Origin: an uncultured Gemmatimonadales bacterium
GTDB lineage: Bacteria > Gemmatimonadota > Gemmatimonadetes > Gemmatimonadales > GWC2-71-9
Reading direction: 5' to 3'
NCBI GenBank assembly: GCA_963798915.1
Contig: CAWCVB010000005.1
Coordinates: forward strand, 249,291-313,290
DNA: 64,000 nucleotides
Positions within the stretch are counted from its first letter, which is position 1, and the number at the start of each line of letters is the position of its first letter. The notes below the pieces were generated by a model, which did not search any database, was not told the DNA's origin, and was given only the letters and a program-made list of their open reading frames with translations. Of this stretch, positions 19,624 through 29,187 are shown piece by piece. Both the position numbers and the translations under genes were made by a program.

Positions 19624-20402
19624 TGCGAATCGACGTCAACGCTTCGCTTGGTTCCTACCCTTGGCGCCGGGTTCCGGGCACCTCCGCCGAGGCACTCAGC
19701 ACGAGCATGGATCGCACCGGTATCGACGAGGCCTGGGTGTTCCACCTCCCCGGTCTGACCTGGCGGGATCCGATGGAGGGCAACGCCTGGCTGCTCGATG
19801 CGTGCCGTCAGAACGCTCGCTTCGCGCCGGTGCCAGCCGTCCATGCGGGCTTGCCCGGGTGGGCCGATCACCTCAAGCAGCTCGCATCAGACGGCGTGCA
19901 GGCCGTGCGTGCCGATCCCACCTGCTATGGACTCGCGCCAGCCGGAACGGAAATGCGCGCGCTGGTTCGCGAATGCGCGAGACTCGACGTGGTGCTGATG
20001 CTCGCGGTCCGCTTCGAGGACGGCCGCCAGCGCCACCCGCTCGATCACGCGGGAGAATTGCCGGCCGCGGCGGTGCGTTCCCTGATCCGGGAGGACGATA
20101 GCGCCCGTCTGGTGGTGACCCACGCCGACCGGAGCTACATCGAGGAAGTGCATTTCGGCTCCACGCCGGACCAGTCACGGCGCATCTGGTGGGACATCTC
20201 CTGGATCTGGGGACCGCCGGAGGATCACCTCGAGATTCTGCTGGAGACGGTTGGCGCCACTCGCTTCCTCTTCGGCACCGGACAGCCGCTGCGGCTGCCT
20301 GAGACGCCCATCGCGCGGCTGGACCTGCTCGACATCGCCATGGCCGACCGGGCTCTGATCGAATCGGGGAATGCGCTGTCGCTGCTGGGCCGTGGCAGGT
20401 GA
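19623..20402 (+). CDS. Amidohydrolase-fold protein with degenerate metal ligands
   Basis: IDVNASLG (no HxH), VTHA, FLFGTG (no Asp); TAATG coupling to the upstream gene. Confidence 0.8.
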   Translation: MRIDVNASLGSYPWRRVPGTSAEALSTSMDRTGIDEAWVFHLPGLTWRDPMEGNAWLLDACRQNARFAPVPAVHAGLPGWADHLKQLASDGVQAVRADPTCYGLAPAGTEMRALVRECARLDVVLMLAVRFEDGRQRHPLDHAGELPAAAVRSLIREDDSARLVVTHADRSYIEEVHFGSTPDQSRRIWWDISWIWGPPEDHLEILLETVGATRFLFGTGQPLRLPETPIARLDLLDIAMADRALIESGNALSLLGRGR

Positions 20403-21280
20403 GTGCGCTGCAGGAGCGGCTGCGCGACGGGGTTGTGGCCGCGGTTCCCGTCCCCTGCCAGGGCCGCGAGATCGACCAGCGTGCCCAACGCCGATATGCG
20501 GAAAGCATGGCGGCGGAGCCATTGGCCGGCGTCGCGGTCTGGGCCCATACCGGCCGTGGACGGCACCTGTCCGCTGAGCAGCGCCGCTGCGTGCTCGAGA
20601 CGTGGCGGGAAGTGCTGGCGGGGAAGATCATTGTCGCCGGGGCCTATGATACCGGCACGGCCATCGATGCCCGCCGGCGCGGCGCCGATGCGCTGCTGAT
20701 CCATCCCAGCGCCGACGACACGATCCGCTACCACGAGCGGCTCAGCCGTGAGCTGCCCGGCATCGTGTTCTGGCTGTACGAGGCCGCAGGCGGCGTGCCG
20801 TACGACGACGCGACGTTGCACCGACTCCTCGAGCTTCCGCAGATCATCGGGATCAAGATCGCGACGCTCGACTCGGTCATGACCTACCAGCATCTCGTCT
20901 CGCTGGCCCGTCAGCACCCCGACCGTCTGATCCTCACTGGTGAGGATCGCTTCCTGGGCTACTCCGTCATGATGGGCGCCGACGGTGCGTTGATCGGCAT
21001 GGCCTCGGCGGTTCCAGCCCTGGCCACGTCGCTGTTCCACGCCCGAAACCAGGAGGATCCGGCCCGCTTCCTCGCCTTGACCCGGGCGGCGGACGCCTTC
21101 GGCATGGCCACCTTCGCCGAGCCGATGGAGGGCTACATCCGCCGGATGCTCTGGGCCGCCGCCACCGAGGGGCGGCTGCCCCTGGCCGCGTGCGATGACC
21201 CGTGGGGGCCGACGCTACCCGAGACCGAGATCGCTGCTGTGGCGCTGGCGGTGCGGGATGCGCAGTCGGCTCTCCGCTGA
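20399..21280 (+). CDS. Dihydrodipicolinate synthase (DHDPS/NAL) family protein
   Basis: WAHTGRG, GADALL, FWLYE, IIGIKIA, TGED, GADGALIG. Confidence 0.85.
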   Translation: MSALQERLRDGVVAAVPVPCQGREIDQRAQRRYAESMAAEPLAGVAVWAHTGRGRHLSAEQRRCVLETWREVLAGKIIVAGAYDTGTAIDARRRGADALLIHPSADDTIRYHERLSRELPGIVFWLYEAAGGVPYDDATLHRLLELPQIIGIKIATLDSVMTYQHLVSLARQHPDRLILTGEDRFLGYSVMMGADGALIGMASAVPALATSLFHARNQEDPARFLALTRAADAFGMATFAEPMEGYIRRMLWAAATEGRLPLAACDDPWGPTLPETEIAAVALAVRDAQSALR

Positions 21281-22403
21281 TTTTGACCGGTTCGGCCGGG
21301 AGCTGCCGCGCGAATGGGCGTCGCATGTGCGCGAGCACCACCGGATCGACTTGAGTGCCTCCTATCTGGGCGAGGCGCTTCCGCATCCGCTGGGCAAGGC
21401 CTCGGGGCAGTTGTCCCTGAATTCCCGCCAGCTGGAGCAGGACCAGGAAGCCGGCCTTGCGTTCATCGTGCTGAAGACCGTGATCGGTGAGCGTCCCGAT
21501 GGAACGCGCCGCATGCAGGCGTGGGCCACCGGTGAGACGCGCATGACGGTCGAGCAGCGGGTCGAACCCGATGGCCGGAAGGGCTGGACGGTGACGTGGA
21601 AGGGACGAGGATGGTCCGGCTCGCTCGACAGCTACGCTGCCCTGCTGCGGGAAGGGCGAGGAATGACGCATGCGGGCGGACCACTGATCGTGCCATCCGT
21701 CAAGCTTCATCTTCCTGCCAGGGGTGAAGCATTCGACAGGGGGGAGTATCGTCACACGCTGGCAGTGCTGCAGCATGCCTGGGGAGAAGGTCCGCTGCTG
21801 CTGGAGAAAGACTTCTCGCCCACACTTGCAGGCGATTCCCGTTCGGAGGAACAGCAGACTGTCCTCCGCTGGGTCAGGGAGGTGCCCGGTATTTTCCGGG
21901 CAGCGGCCGCCGGCCCGGTGCGACTCTCGCTCAAGCTGATGAATGCCCGGTTCGGCGATGCGTTCCAGGTGCAGATGATGCAAGCGGCACGGGAAGCTGC
22001 GGGTGTGACGGTGTTCAATCGCCTCTGGAGCGAGGAACGGCAGGTCGCCTACGGCGGCTGGGCCCTTTCGGATCGCAATCTTCGGGTGCTGGACCTGGCG
22101 GGCCCCGGAGGGCCAACGCGTTGCGGCACCGGGAACATCTGTTCAGGGCGGCAAGTGGCCGCTTACGCGCGCCGGGGCTGCCAGTCAGTACAGTTGCACA
22201 CCTTCTTTCAGCTCCCGCTGTCGGCCTATCCGGCACGAGCCGGCAGCCGGACGCAGCGCGCGGTTCACGCGCTGGTCTTCCATCCGGAAACTGGCTTGAT
22301 CGCCGCGCTGCTCGACGCGGAGGAGGCGGGACTGCTGGCGCGTCGGGATGGGCTGCTGCACTTCAGTGACTTTTGTGGTCCGACCGGCAGCCATGAAGAT
22401 TGA
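21258..22403 (+). CDS. Hypothetical protein with dihydroorotate/dihydropyrimidine dehydrogenase-like FMN barrel
   Basis: PLGKASGQL, GLAFIVLKTV, EKDFSP, LKL, VFNR, GNICSG, GCQSVQL follow the DHODH motif order. Confidence 0.55.
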   Translation: MRSRLSADFDRFGRELPREWASHVREHHRIDLSASYLGEALPHPLGKASGQLSLNSRQLEQDQEAGLAFIVLKTVIGERPDGTRRMQAWATGETRMTVEQRVEPDGRKGWTVTWKGRGWSGSLDSYAALLREGRGMTHAGGPLIVPSVKLHLPARGEAFDRGEYRHTLAVLQHAWGEGPLLLEKDFSPTLAGDSRSEEQQTVLRWVREVPGIFRAAAAGPVRLSLKLMNARFGDAFQVQMMQAAREAAGVTVFNRLWSEERQVAYGGWALSDRNLRVLDLAGPGGPTRCGTGNICSGRQVAAYARRGCQSVQLHTFFQLPLSAYPARAGSRTQRAVHALVFHPETGLIAALLDAEEAGLLARRDGLLHFSDFCGPTGSHED

Positions 22404-23523
22404 CCGCGTCGAGCTGTATCAGCTGACACTACCGCTCGCCGAACCATTTGTCATCTCGGGTGGCAGCATGCTGCAGCGCGAATCGCTCCTGGTCCGACTC
22501 TGTTCGCCGACGGGCGCTGAAGGCTGGGGAGAGTGCCCGCCGTTCGCCCTGCCGTTCTACTCCGAGGAGACGCTCGGCTCCGCCCAGGTCATGCTCGAGC
22601 GGATCCTGCTCGGTCGGGTCGAAGGACAGGAATTCGCCACGCCAGCCGCGGTGCACGACGCGCTCGTCCTCAACGTGCGAGGCAACCCGTTTGCGAGAGC
22701 GGCGATCGAGACGGCGGCATGGGATCTCGTTGCCGACGAGCATCGGTCCAGCCTGGTGCAGCTGCTCGGCCAGGCACTCGACGCCACGCCGAAGAGTGCC
22801 GTGCCGTGCGGGGTGGCGCTCGGTATTCCGGCATCGGGCGAGCTGGATGCGCTGCGGATGCAGGTCCTGGAGGCGCTCGACACCGGGTATCGCCGGGTGA
22901 AGATCAAGATCAGGCCCGGATGGGACACCACCCCCGTGCGCGCGGTGGCGGCACTCCTGGCTGGAACCGGCGTACCACTCACGGTGGATGCGAACGGCGC
23001 CTACCCATGGCCGGCCGGTCTCGACAGCTTGCGTGCACTCGACGAATTCGGGCTCCTGTATATCGAACAGCCACTTGCCCCCGACGAGTTGCTCGGCCAC
23101 GCGGAGCTCGGCCGGGCGCTGACCACGCCGATCTGTGTGGACGAAACACTGACGAGCGTTCGCGTGGCGCGCCAACTGGTCGAACTGGGCGGCCCCAGCA
23201 TCTGGAACATCAAGGTGCACCGGGTCGGAGGCCTCACGGAGGCTGGCCGGATCTGGCAGGTGGGCCGGCAGCACGGCATCAGTCTGTGGGCCGGCACCAT
23301 GCCCGAGTCCGGGATAGGCAGCCAGGCCCCGCTGGCGCTGGCGGCACTTCCGGGCTTTGACCTGCCATCCGATCTCGAGCCGAGTGCGCGCTGGTTCGGG
23401 CGCAACCAGGACGTCATCAAGCTGGTGATGAGCGGCGACGGCCTGATGACGGTTCCGCGGACCTCCATCGGCCGCCTGATCGACCGGAAACGGCTTGGGG
23501 CTGCAACCCGTCGGCTGCGCTGA
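22393..23523 (+). CDS. Enolase superfamily OSBS / N-acylamino acid racemase-like enzyme
   Basis: GWGEC, PFYSEET, KIKI, VDAN, IEQP, VDE, NIK, GTMPESG, PSD. Confidence 0.88.
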   Translation: MKIDRVELYQLTLPLAEPFVISGGSMLQRESLLVRLCSPTGAEGWGECPPFALPFYSEETLGSAQVMLERILLGRVEGQEFATPAAVHDALVLNVRGNPFARAAIETAAWDLVADEHRSSLVQLLGQALDATPKSAVPCGVALGIPASGELDALRMQVLEALDTGYRRVKIKIRPGWDTTPVRAVAALLAGTGVPLTVDANGAYPWPAGLDSLRALDEFGLLYIEQPLAPDELLGHAELGRALTTPICVDETLTSVRVARQLVELGGPSIWNIKVHRVGGLTEAGRIWQVGRQHGISLWAGTMPESGIGSQAPLALAALPGFDLPSDLEPSARWFGRNQDVIKLVMSGDGLMTVPRTSIGRLIDRKRLGAATRRLR

Positions 23524-23626
23524 ATAGCGCTTCACGGGGTCCGAATCTCCGAACTGTTGCATTGTGCACCATTGGTGCGGCGCCTCTGGTTCCGCTCTCC
23601 AACGATTGCAGGTACTCTCCCCAGTA

Positions 23627-24904
23627 ATGAGCTCAGCACTCCTGCTTGTCGTGCTGGTCGCGGTGGCGTACGTCGCGGCCAAAGTGGCGTTCCAGTGGAT
23701 CGGGCGGCACTTCCTCATCGTGTCGGGGGCCGAATATCTCCTGCTCGGCATTCTGCTCGGACCCCAGGTCTCTGGCCTCCTGACGCCACAGGCGCTGCGC
23801 ACCTTCATCCCCTTCATGACCCTGGCGCTGGGCTGGATGGGCGCCATGGTCGGCATGCGCCTGTACCTGCCGGGCATGGTGCGCCTGCGCGGGGTTTTTT
23901 ACCGACTCGCCTTTGTGCAGTCGGTGAGCACGCTCGTGATCGTGAGTGGTGCGAGCCTCCTTGTGCTGCAGCGCCTCTTTGGCGTCACCTCCGGCTACGC
24001 CCTCATGCCGGCGCTGGTGCTTGGCGCCATCGCGACCAGTTCGGCCTCCGATGCCGTCCAGCTGATCGTGCAGCGGCTGGGCCGCCGGAGCGTCGTGGTG
24101 CGCCAGATCGAGGTGGCGGTGGGCATGGATTCGCTGGTGGCGATTGCGACGGTCGCGGCCGTCTTCTGCCTCAATCATGTCGGCACCCCGCAGCTGACGC
24201 GTGCACCGACCGCAGTCGAATGGTTCGTGATTTCGTGCGGCGTGGGCGTGGCCGGTGGCGCGCTGTTCCACCTCTTCCTTGGGGAGGAGCGCGATCCGGA
24301 CCGTCTGTTCATCTCGCTGGCAGGGGCGATCATCTTCGTGACTGGTGCGGCGAGCTTTCTCCAGCTCTCGCCGTTGCTGCCCGGGCTGCTCATGGGCGCC
24401 ATCCTGGCGAACACGTCGCGGAACCGGCAGCAGATCGAGGCCGTGCTCCACAGTGTGGAGCGGCCGCTCTATTTCGTGCTGCTGCTTTGCGGCGGCGCCC
24501 TGTGGAGTCCGGGCGGCGGTGCCTGGTTCCTGCCGGTGCTGGTCTTCCTCGTCGCGCGCATGATGAGCAAGGTGTACGTGGCCCGGCTGGCTGCCAGCTT
24601 GAACGACATGACCGGGGTGCTGGGGCCGAACTGGGGGCGGGCCCTGATCGGACAGGGCGGTCTCGCGCTGGCCATTGCCTTCAACTACCTCATCGAAAGC
24701 AACTCGTTCTTTCCCAACATCATCTTCACCGCGGCCGTGGCCAGCGTGCTGCTGACTGATCTTGCCTCCGCCCGGCTGATGCAGAAGGTGGTTGCCACCA
24801 GCCCCTACGAAACCCGCGCCTCGGGCGAGCAGGCTGGTCCGGACGCCGGTCCGTCTGCCGCGCCGGAAGTGCCCGAGCCCGCGGCGGTGGGCGGGGAAGG
24901 CTGA
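23627..24904 (+). CDS. Cation:proton antiporter family membrane protein
   Basis: Many TM helices; YLLLGILLGP, LSPLL, GAILAN, QGGLALAIA. Confidence 0.75.
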   Translation: MSSALLLVVLVAVAYVAAKVAFQWIGRHFLIVSGAEYLLLGILLGPQVSGLLTPQALRTFIPFMTLALGWMGAMVGMRLYLPGMVRLRGVFYRLAFVQSVSTLVIVSGASLLVLQRLFGVTSGYALMPALVLGAIATSSASDAVQLIVQRLGRRSVVVRQIEVAVGMDSLVAIATVAAVFCLNHVGTPQLTRAPTAVEWFVISCGVGVAGGALFHLFLGEERDPDRLFISLAGAIIFVTGAASFLQLSPLLPGLLMGAILANTSRNRQQIEAVLHSVERPLYFVLLLCGGALWSPGGGAWFLPVLVFLVARMMSKVYVARLAASLNDMTGVLGPNWGRALIGQGGLALAIAFNYLIESNSFFPNIIFTAAVASVLLTDLASARLMQKVVATSPYETRASGEQAGPDAGPSAAPEVPEPAAVGGEG

Positions 24905-24905
24905 G

Positions 24906-26222
24906 ATGCGGCGAGTCATCATCCTGATCCTGCTGCTCGGCACCATGCAGCTCATCGCCCTGGCGGCGCCATTCGGCGGGGCTGGGCGTTCCATCCTGGT
25001 CTTCGGCTTCCTGATCCTCGCGGCGTATTCGGCGGGCGAACTGGCGGAGAATTTCCGGGTGCCGAAGATCGTGGGCTACATGGTGGCGGGAGCGGTGTTC
25101 GGGCCGTTCGCCGTCGGGGTGATCCGGCCTGGTGAAGTGCATGCGCTCAATCCGGTGGGCGACCTGGCGATCGCGCTCATCGCCTTCCTGGCGGGCGCGG
25201 AGCTGGAGTGGGGCGAATTGAAGCGGCGCGGCGCCACGCTCCTCAAGGTCACGGGCACCGAGCTGGCGGTGTCGTTTGTCGCCCTGGCCGTACTGCTGCT
25301 CGTCCTGCGGTCGTACGTGCCGTTCCTGGCCGGGACCAATTGGACCGCGACCATCGCCTTCACCATTATTTTCGTCGCGATCGCCATTGTGCATTCGCCG
25401 GCCGCGACGATGGCGCTGCTGACTGAGACCCGCGCCCGCGGCCAGGTCGCGCGGAGCACGCTCGGCATCGTGCTCCTGGCCGACGTGATCGTGGTCCTGC
25501 TCTTTTCCGGGGCGCTGGCCCTCGCGCGCGCCATGGTGCCGTCGGGCGCACGGGGCGTCGGGTCGATCGCGGCGACGCTCTGGGAGATCGGAGGCGCGTT
25601 TCCCATCGGGATAGCCATCGGGCTGGCGGTGGTGCTGTACCTCCGCGTGACCCAGGCCGAACTGTTCCTGTTTGCCATCATGGTGACTTTCTTTGGCCTC
25701 GAAGTCGCCAAGCTGCTCCACGCCGAGCCGCTGCTGACACTCCTCGTTGCCGGCTTCGTGACCCAGAATGTCTCCCGCCGCGGTCGCGGAACGATACTGC
25801 GTGAAGCCATGGAGCGTTCGGCGGCGCCGGTGTTCGTCATCTTCTTTGCACTGGCCGGCGCCAAGCTCGACATCGCCGAGGTCATGCGACTCTGGGCCAT
25901 TGTCCTGCCGATTGTCCTGGTGCGGGCAGGTGGGCTCTGGTTCGGATGCCGGCTCGGCGGCAAGTGGGCGGGCCTCGAGCCGCAGGAAACGCGGTACCTC
26001 TGGCTGGGTCTGGTGGCGCAGGCCGGCGTGGCAATCGGGCTGGTGGATGTGGCGAGCAGTGTCTACCCGGCGGCGGGCGGCGACATGCGAACCATTCTCC
26101 TGGCCGTGATCGCCGTGGATCAGACGATCGGACCGATCCTCTTCCGGCGTGCACTCATCAAGGCGGGAGAGGTCGGTCAGCGCCGATCCCGCGCCGACGC
26201 CGTCGAAGCCGCACCGGCCTGA
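24906..26222 (+). CDS. Cation:proton antiporter family membrane protein
   Basis: PKIVGYMVAGAVFGP, IAFLAGAEL, SPAAT, FFALAGAKL, QAGVAIGL, IGPILFR. Confidence 0.88.
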   Translation: MRRVIILILLLGTMQLIALAAPFGGAGRSILVFGFLILAAYSAGELAENFRVPKIVGYMVAGAVFGPFAVGVIRPGEVHALNPVGDLAIALIAFLAGAELEWGELKRRGATLLKVTGTELAVSFVALAVLLLVLRSYVPFLAGTNWTATIAFTIIFVAIAIVHSPAATMALLTETRARGQVARSTLGIVLLADVIVVLLFSGALALARAMVPSGARGVGSIAATLWEIGGAFPIGIAIGLAVVLYLRVTQAELFLFAIMVTFFGLEVAKLLHAEPLLTLLVAGFVTQNVSRRGRGTILREAMERSAAPVFVIFFALAGAKLDIAEVMRLWAIVLPIVLVRAGGLWFGCRLGGKWAGLEPQETRYLWLGLVAQAGVAIGLVDVASSVYPAAGGDMRTILLAVIAVDQTIGPILFRRALIKAGEVGQRRSRADAVEAAPA

Positions 26223-26247
26223 TCCGGCCTCACCAGGCAACAACGAA

Positions 26248-26280
26248 CGGCGACCAGGACCGGAAGGGTCCTGGTCGCCG
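26248..26280 (-). terminator. Intrinsic terminator, 14-bp perfect stem
   Basis: cggcgaccaggacc-ggaag-ggtcctggtcgccg; followed on - strand by ttcgttgttg; between convergent genes. Confidence 0.75.
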
Positions 26281-26301
26281 CGCGGCCGCATCTCAGGCCA
26301 A

Positions 26302-27250
26302 CTATGGATTGGTCAGGCTTGCGTCGGTAATCGTTGCGCTCCCATCCACCGTGGTGCCGGCCGCCGTGGTCACCCCGATTGGACCGGATGGATCCGTGGT
26401 GAACGTCAGACCGTCGGGTCCAGTGAAGCTGATGGTATAGTCGCCTGGCAACAGGAAATCGAACGTCGCCTCGTAGGTCCCGTCCGCGTCGGTGTCGGTC
26501 AGCGCCAGCGTCTGCGTTCCCCCGGCTGATGACGTGAGCACCGCGTTGAAGTCGGCCAGTGTCGGGACGGTCCCGTTGAGTTCCGGCAACGCAACGCCGT
26601 CCGCGAGGGTGAGCCGGGCTCGCGCCCGGGCCGCCTCTGTGAAGCTGGTGCCGGTTATGACCGGGTGCATGACCCACATGCCGGAATTGCCGGCTTGCAT
26701 GCCAAAGCTTTGCGAGACGTCGAAGTCGAGGAGCAGGGTCTCGCTTCCCCCGTCCAGCGTAAGGTCATCCTGCGGGATGTCCACCTTCAGTCCGCTTTCG
26801 GCGAGGCTGGGCATCTGCAGCTCGCCAGCGACGGTTGCGCCTGCTGGCAGCCCCTCGTAGTCGGGCGACGACGCATAGATGCTGGTACTGCCGTCGTCGT
26901 TTTCCGCTTCCACGTAGCCGCCCGTGATCACAAACCGCAGTTCGGAGTAGTCGCCGTTGGCAATGTCCTTCCCGTCAACCAGCGTCGCGGTCGAGTTGGC
27001 GAGGTCGATCAGGTTGGTCGTCACGGGTGTGTCGGTCAGCGTGACGTGTGATTGATCGCCACTCGCCAACGAGATACACCTCCGAGATGGTCACGACGGC
27101 CGCCTTCACGTCGCCTGGGGCATCCGTCAGGTTGACGGTCAGCGACGTCTTGCCCCCGTCGGGACCGGTATTGTCGTTGGAACAACCCACAACCGGCAGC
27201 GCGACGGCAGCGAGCAGCGTTGCCGCGCGGAATGTCTTACTGAGCAGCAT
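26302..27250 (-). CDS. DUF4382 domain lipoprotein, one frameshift near 27064
   Basis: VVGC lipobox, LTDAPGDVKAAVVTISEVYL; continues in another frame with GDYSELRF, SGLKV, LLDFDVSQSF, MHPVI. Confidence 0.8.
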
Positions 27251-27584
27251 ACTGGACCTTTCTTTATCTGGAAACAGCCATGAGACAGCGACGCCTGGCA
27301 TTGCCAGGCGATCCATGTCTGGTCGTCTGAGACCTGCGTCCAGATTGCCACAGGGGCCCGTTTGCGGCTGTGCGCTGAGTCACGACTGGTCGGGCTTTGA
27401 CCATCCGGGGTCCAATGCCCGCTTCAGGCTGCACCGTTGGGTGACCGTTCGTCCCGGTCGGTCGCCGTGTCGATACCCGAGCGGAGGCGAGCCAACTCCG
27501 CTCGTCACAGTTCAATTGCGCACGTGCCGCGGGCTGGCCAGCTTCGCAGCGATACCACGGCACTCACCTGACGACGGCGGAACG

Positions 27585-28109
27585 ATGAGCATGACGTCCA
27601 CGCGCGCGCAGTCCCGCGACACGGCACGCATTGTGATCGCCGGGCTGTCAGTTGCGGCCCTTGATTTTCTCTATGTGACGGTCCGGTGGGTGCTCATTGC
27701 GCGCGCAATGACCGTACAGGAACTGGCGCAGTCCATTGCCAGGGGGCTGCTGGGCAAGGCGGCCTACCAAGGTGGACCGGCGAGCGCGGCATTGGGAATC
27801 GGACTTCACCTCGTGATCGCCTTCAGCTGGACGATCGCCTTTTATCTGCTCAGCCGGCGCATCCCCGCGCTGAGGCGCGCCGTCGCCACGACCAGCGGGC
27901 GCATCTGGACCGGGCTGCTCTGGGGGCCGGTCATCTGGCTCGCGATGGATTTCATTGTCCTGCCGCTGAGCCGCGCCCGCGCGACCCCGGTCTCCTCGCC
28001 GAATTTCTACATCAACCTGGTGCAGCACGCGATCATGATCGGGTTGCCGATGGCACTGATTCTGGGCCCGCCCTCGCCCCACGACTCCGCTTCGTCCGCT
28101 GCCACATAG
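27585..28109 (+). CDS. Hypothetical 4-TM membrane protein
   Basis: QSIARGLLG, LGIGLHLVIA, MDFIVLPLS, HAIMIGLP; real-gene-like codon usage. Confidence 0.75.
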   Translation: MSMTSTRAQSRDTARIVIAGLSVAALDFLYVTVRWVLIARAMTVQELAQSIARGLLGKAAYQGGPASAALGIGLHLVIAFSWTIAFYLLSRRIPALRRAVATTSGRIWTGLLWGPVIWLAMDFIVLPLSRARATPVSSPNFYINLVQHAIMIGLPMALILGPPSPHDSASSAAT

Positions 28110-28160
28110 CGCCTGCCAAACCCGCGTCGGGGCAGCGCGTGAGACCCGGCGGTGCTCAGC

Positions 28161-28376
28161 TCACCAGAGACGGGGCCATCGTTCATCGTGACGCGCAAGT
28201 AACCAGCCGACCAGCACGCCAATGGCGATCATGATCGCGACCGCGACTACCGTGCGAATGGACAGGTGCAGCGACACCATCGGTGCCGCACCCGGGCCGG
28301 CCCACGCTTGGGCAGGCACAAGGAGGGCGACCAGCGAGGCAGCCACCGAAGCGAAGGGGGATCGCCGCAGGCGCAT
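28161..28376 (-). CDS. Small hypothetical membrane protein
   Basis: Signal-like N-terminus (AQAWA) plus C-terminal TM helix. Confidence 0.45.
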   Translation of the reverse strand: MRLRRSPFASVAASLVALLVPAQAWAGPGAAPMVSLHLSIRTVVAVAIMIAIGVLVGWLLARHDERWPRLW

Positions 28377-28547
28377 GGGTTCAGCTCAAGTTGACGTTGT
28401 TCATCCGGCGCGCCACGCGCCATTGGTGGCCGTTCCGCCACACCCACACAGTGCGTTGCATGCTGCGTGCCCGAGCCTTTCACGCCTGGACGCGGCGCTC
28501 CCTGCAGGAAGTCGCACTCCTGCAACACCAATTGCGCTTCGTGCGCC

Positions 28548-28982
28548 CTAGCGTCGGTTGCCGGGCCCGCGCTGCCGCTCGTCTGCTTCGAAGTCCTGGG
28601 GCCGAAAGAGCAGGTCAAACCCGAGAAACAGTGTCTTGGCGCACGGATAGAACGCGACAGGCAGGAGGACCATCAGTGCGGCACCGCCCCATTGCAGTAC
28701 TCGCCACGGCGGCAGCGGCCAGGTCAAGGCGAGAACCGCAAGGAATATCCCTGCAAAGACCAGTTCCGACGCGACAATGTTGAACATGTACGCCCCAACG
28801 ATGTAGCCATGCTCGCCGCGCTCCAGGTGGAGCCCGCAGGCTGGACAGGCCTCCCTCATGTGAAACCAGGACGACCATAGCCCCCGCGCTCCGCAGTTGG
28901 GGCAACGAAGCCGCAGCGCGCGCCACAGATGGCGCGACGCCCGGCGCGCCAGGCCGTGGGCCCGTGGAGGGTTTTGTGGCAT
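28548..28982 (-). CDS. DUF983 domain protein
   Basis: LRCPNCG...CPACGLHLERGEHG followed by two TM helices. Confidence 0.8.
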   Translation of the reverse strand: MPQNPPRAHGLARRASRHLWRALRLRCPNCGARGLWSSWFHMREACPACGLHLERGEHGYIVGAYMFNIVASELVFAGIFLAVLALTWPLPPWRVLQWGGAALMVLLPVAFYPCAKTLFLGFDLLFRPQDFEADERQRGPGNRR

Positions 28983-29187
28983 GCGCCGGAAAGGACTCAG
29001 GTCGGCGCCGGAGGGCAAGCAGCGCCTTGCTTTGGCGCTGCTGGCCGCGGTCTGGCCCAAGGGTTGCCGTTTCACGGCTGACGGCCCCAGATTCGGGATA
29101 GCCCGCATCAACGCGGCCGCCATCGTCGACCGCCGAGCTGCCATCGGGCAGCCTGCACGATACCCGCCCCCCCGTTTCGGGAGCCTG

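Noticed and set aside
17046..23523. Gene symbols hemL, dapA, pyrD, menC
   Set aside because: Family resemblance only; motifs diverge and pathway context is absent
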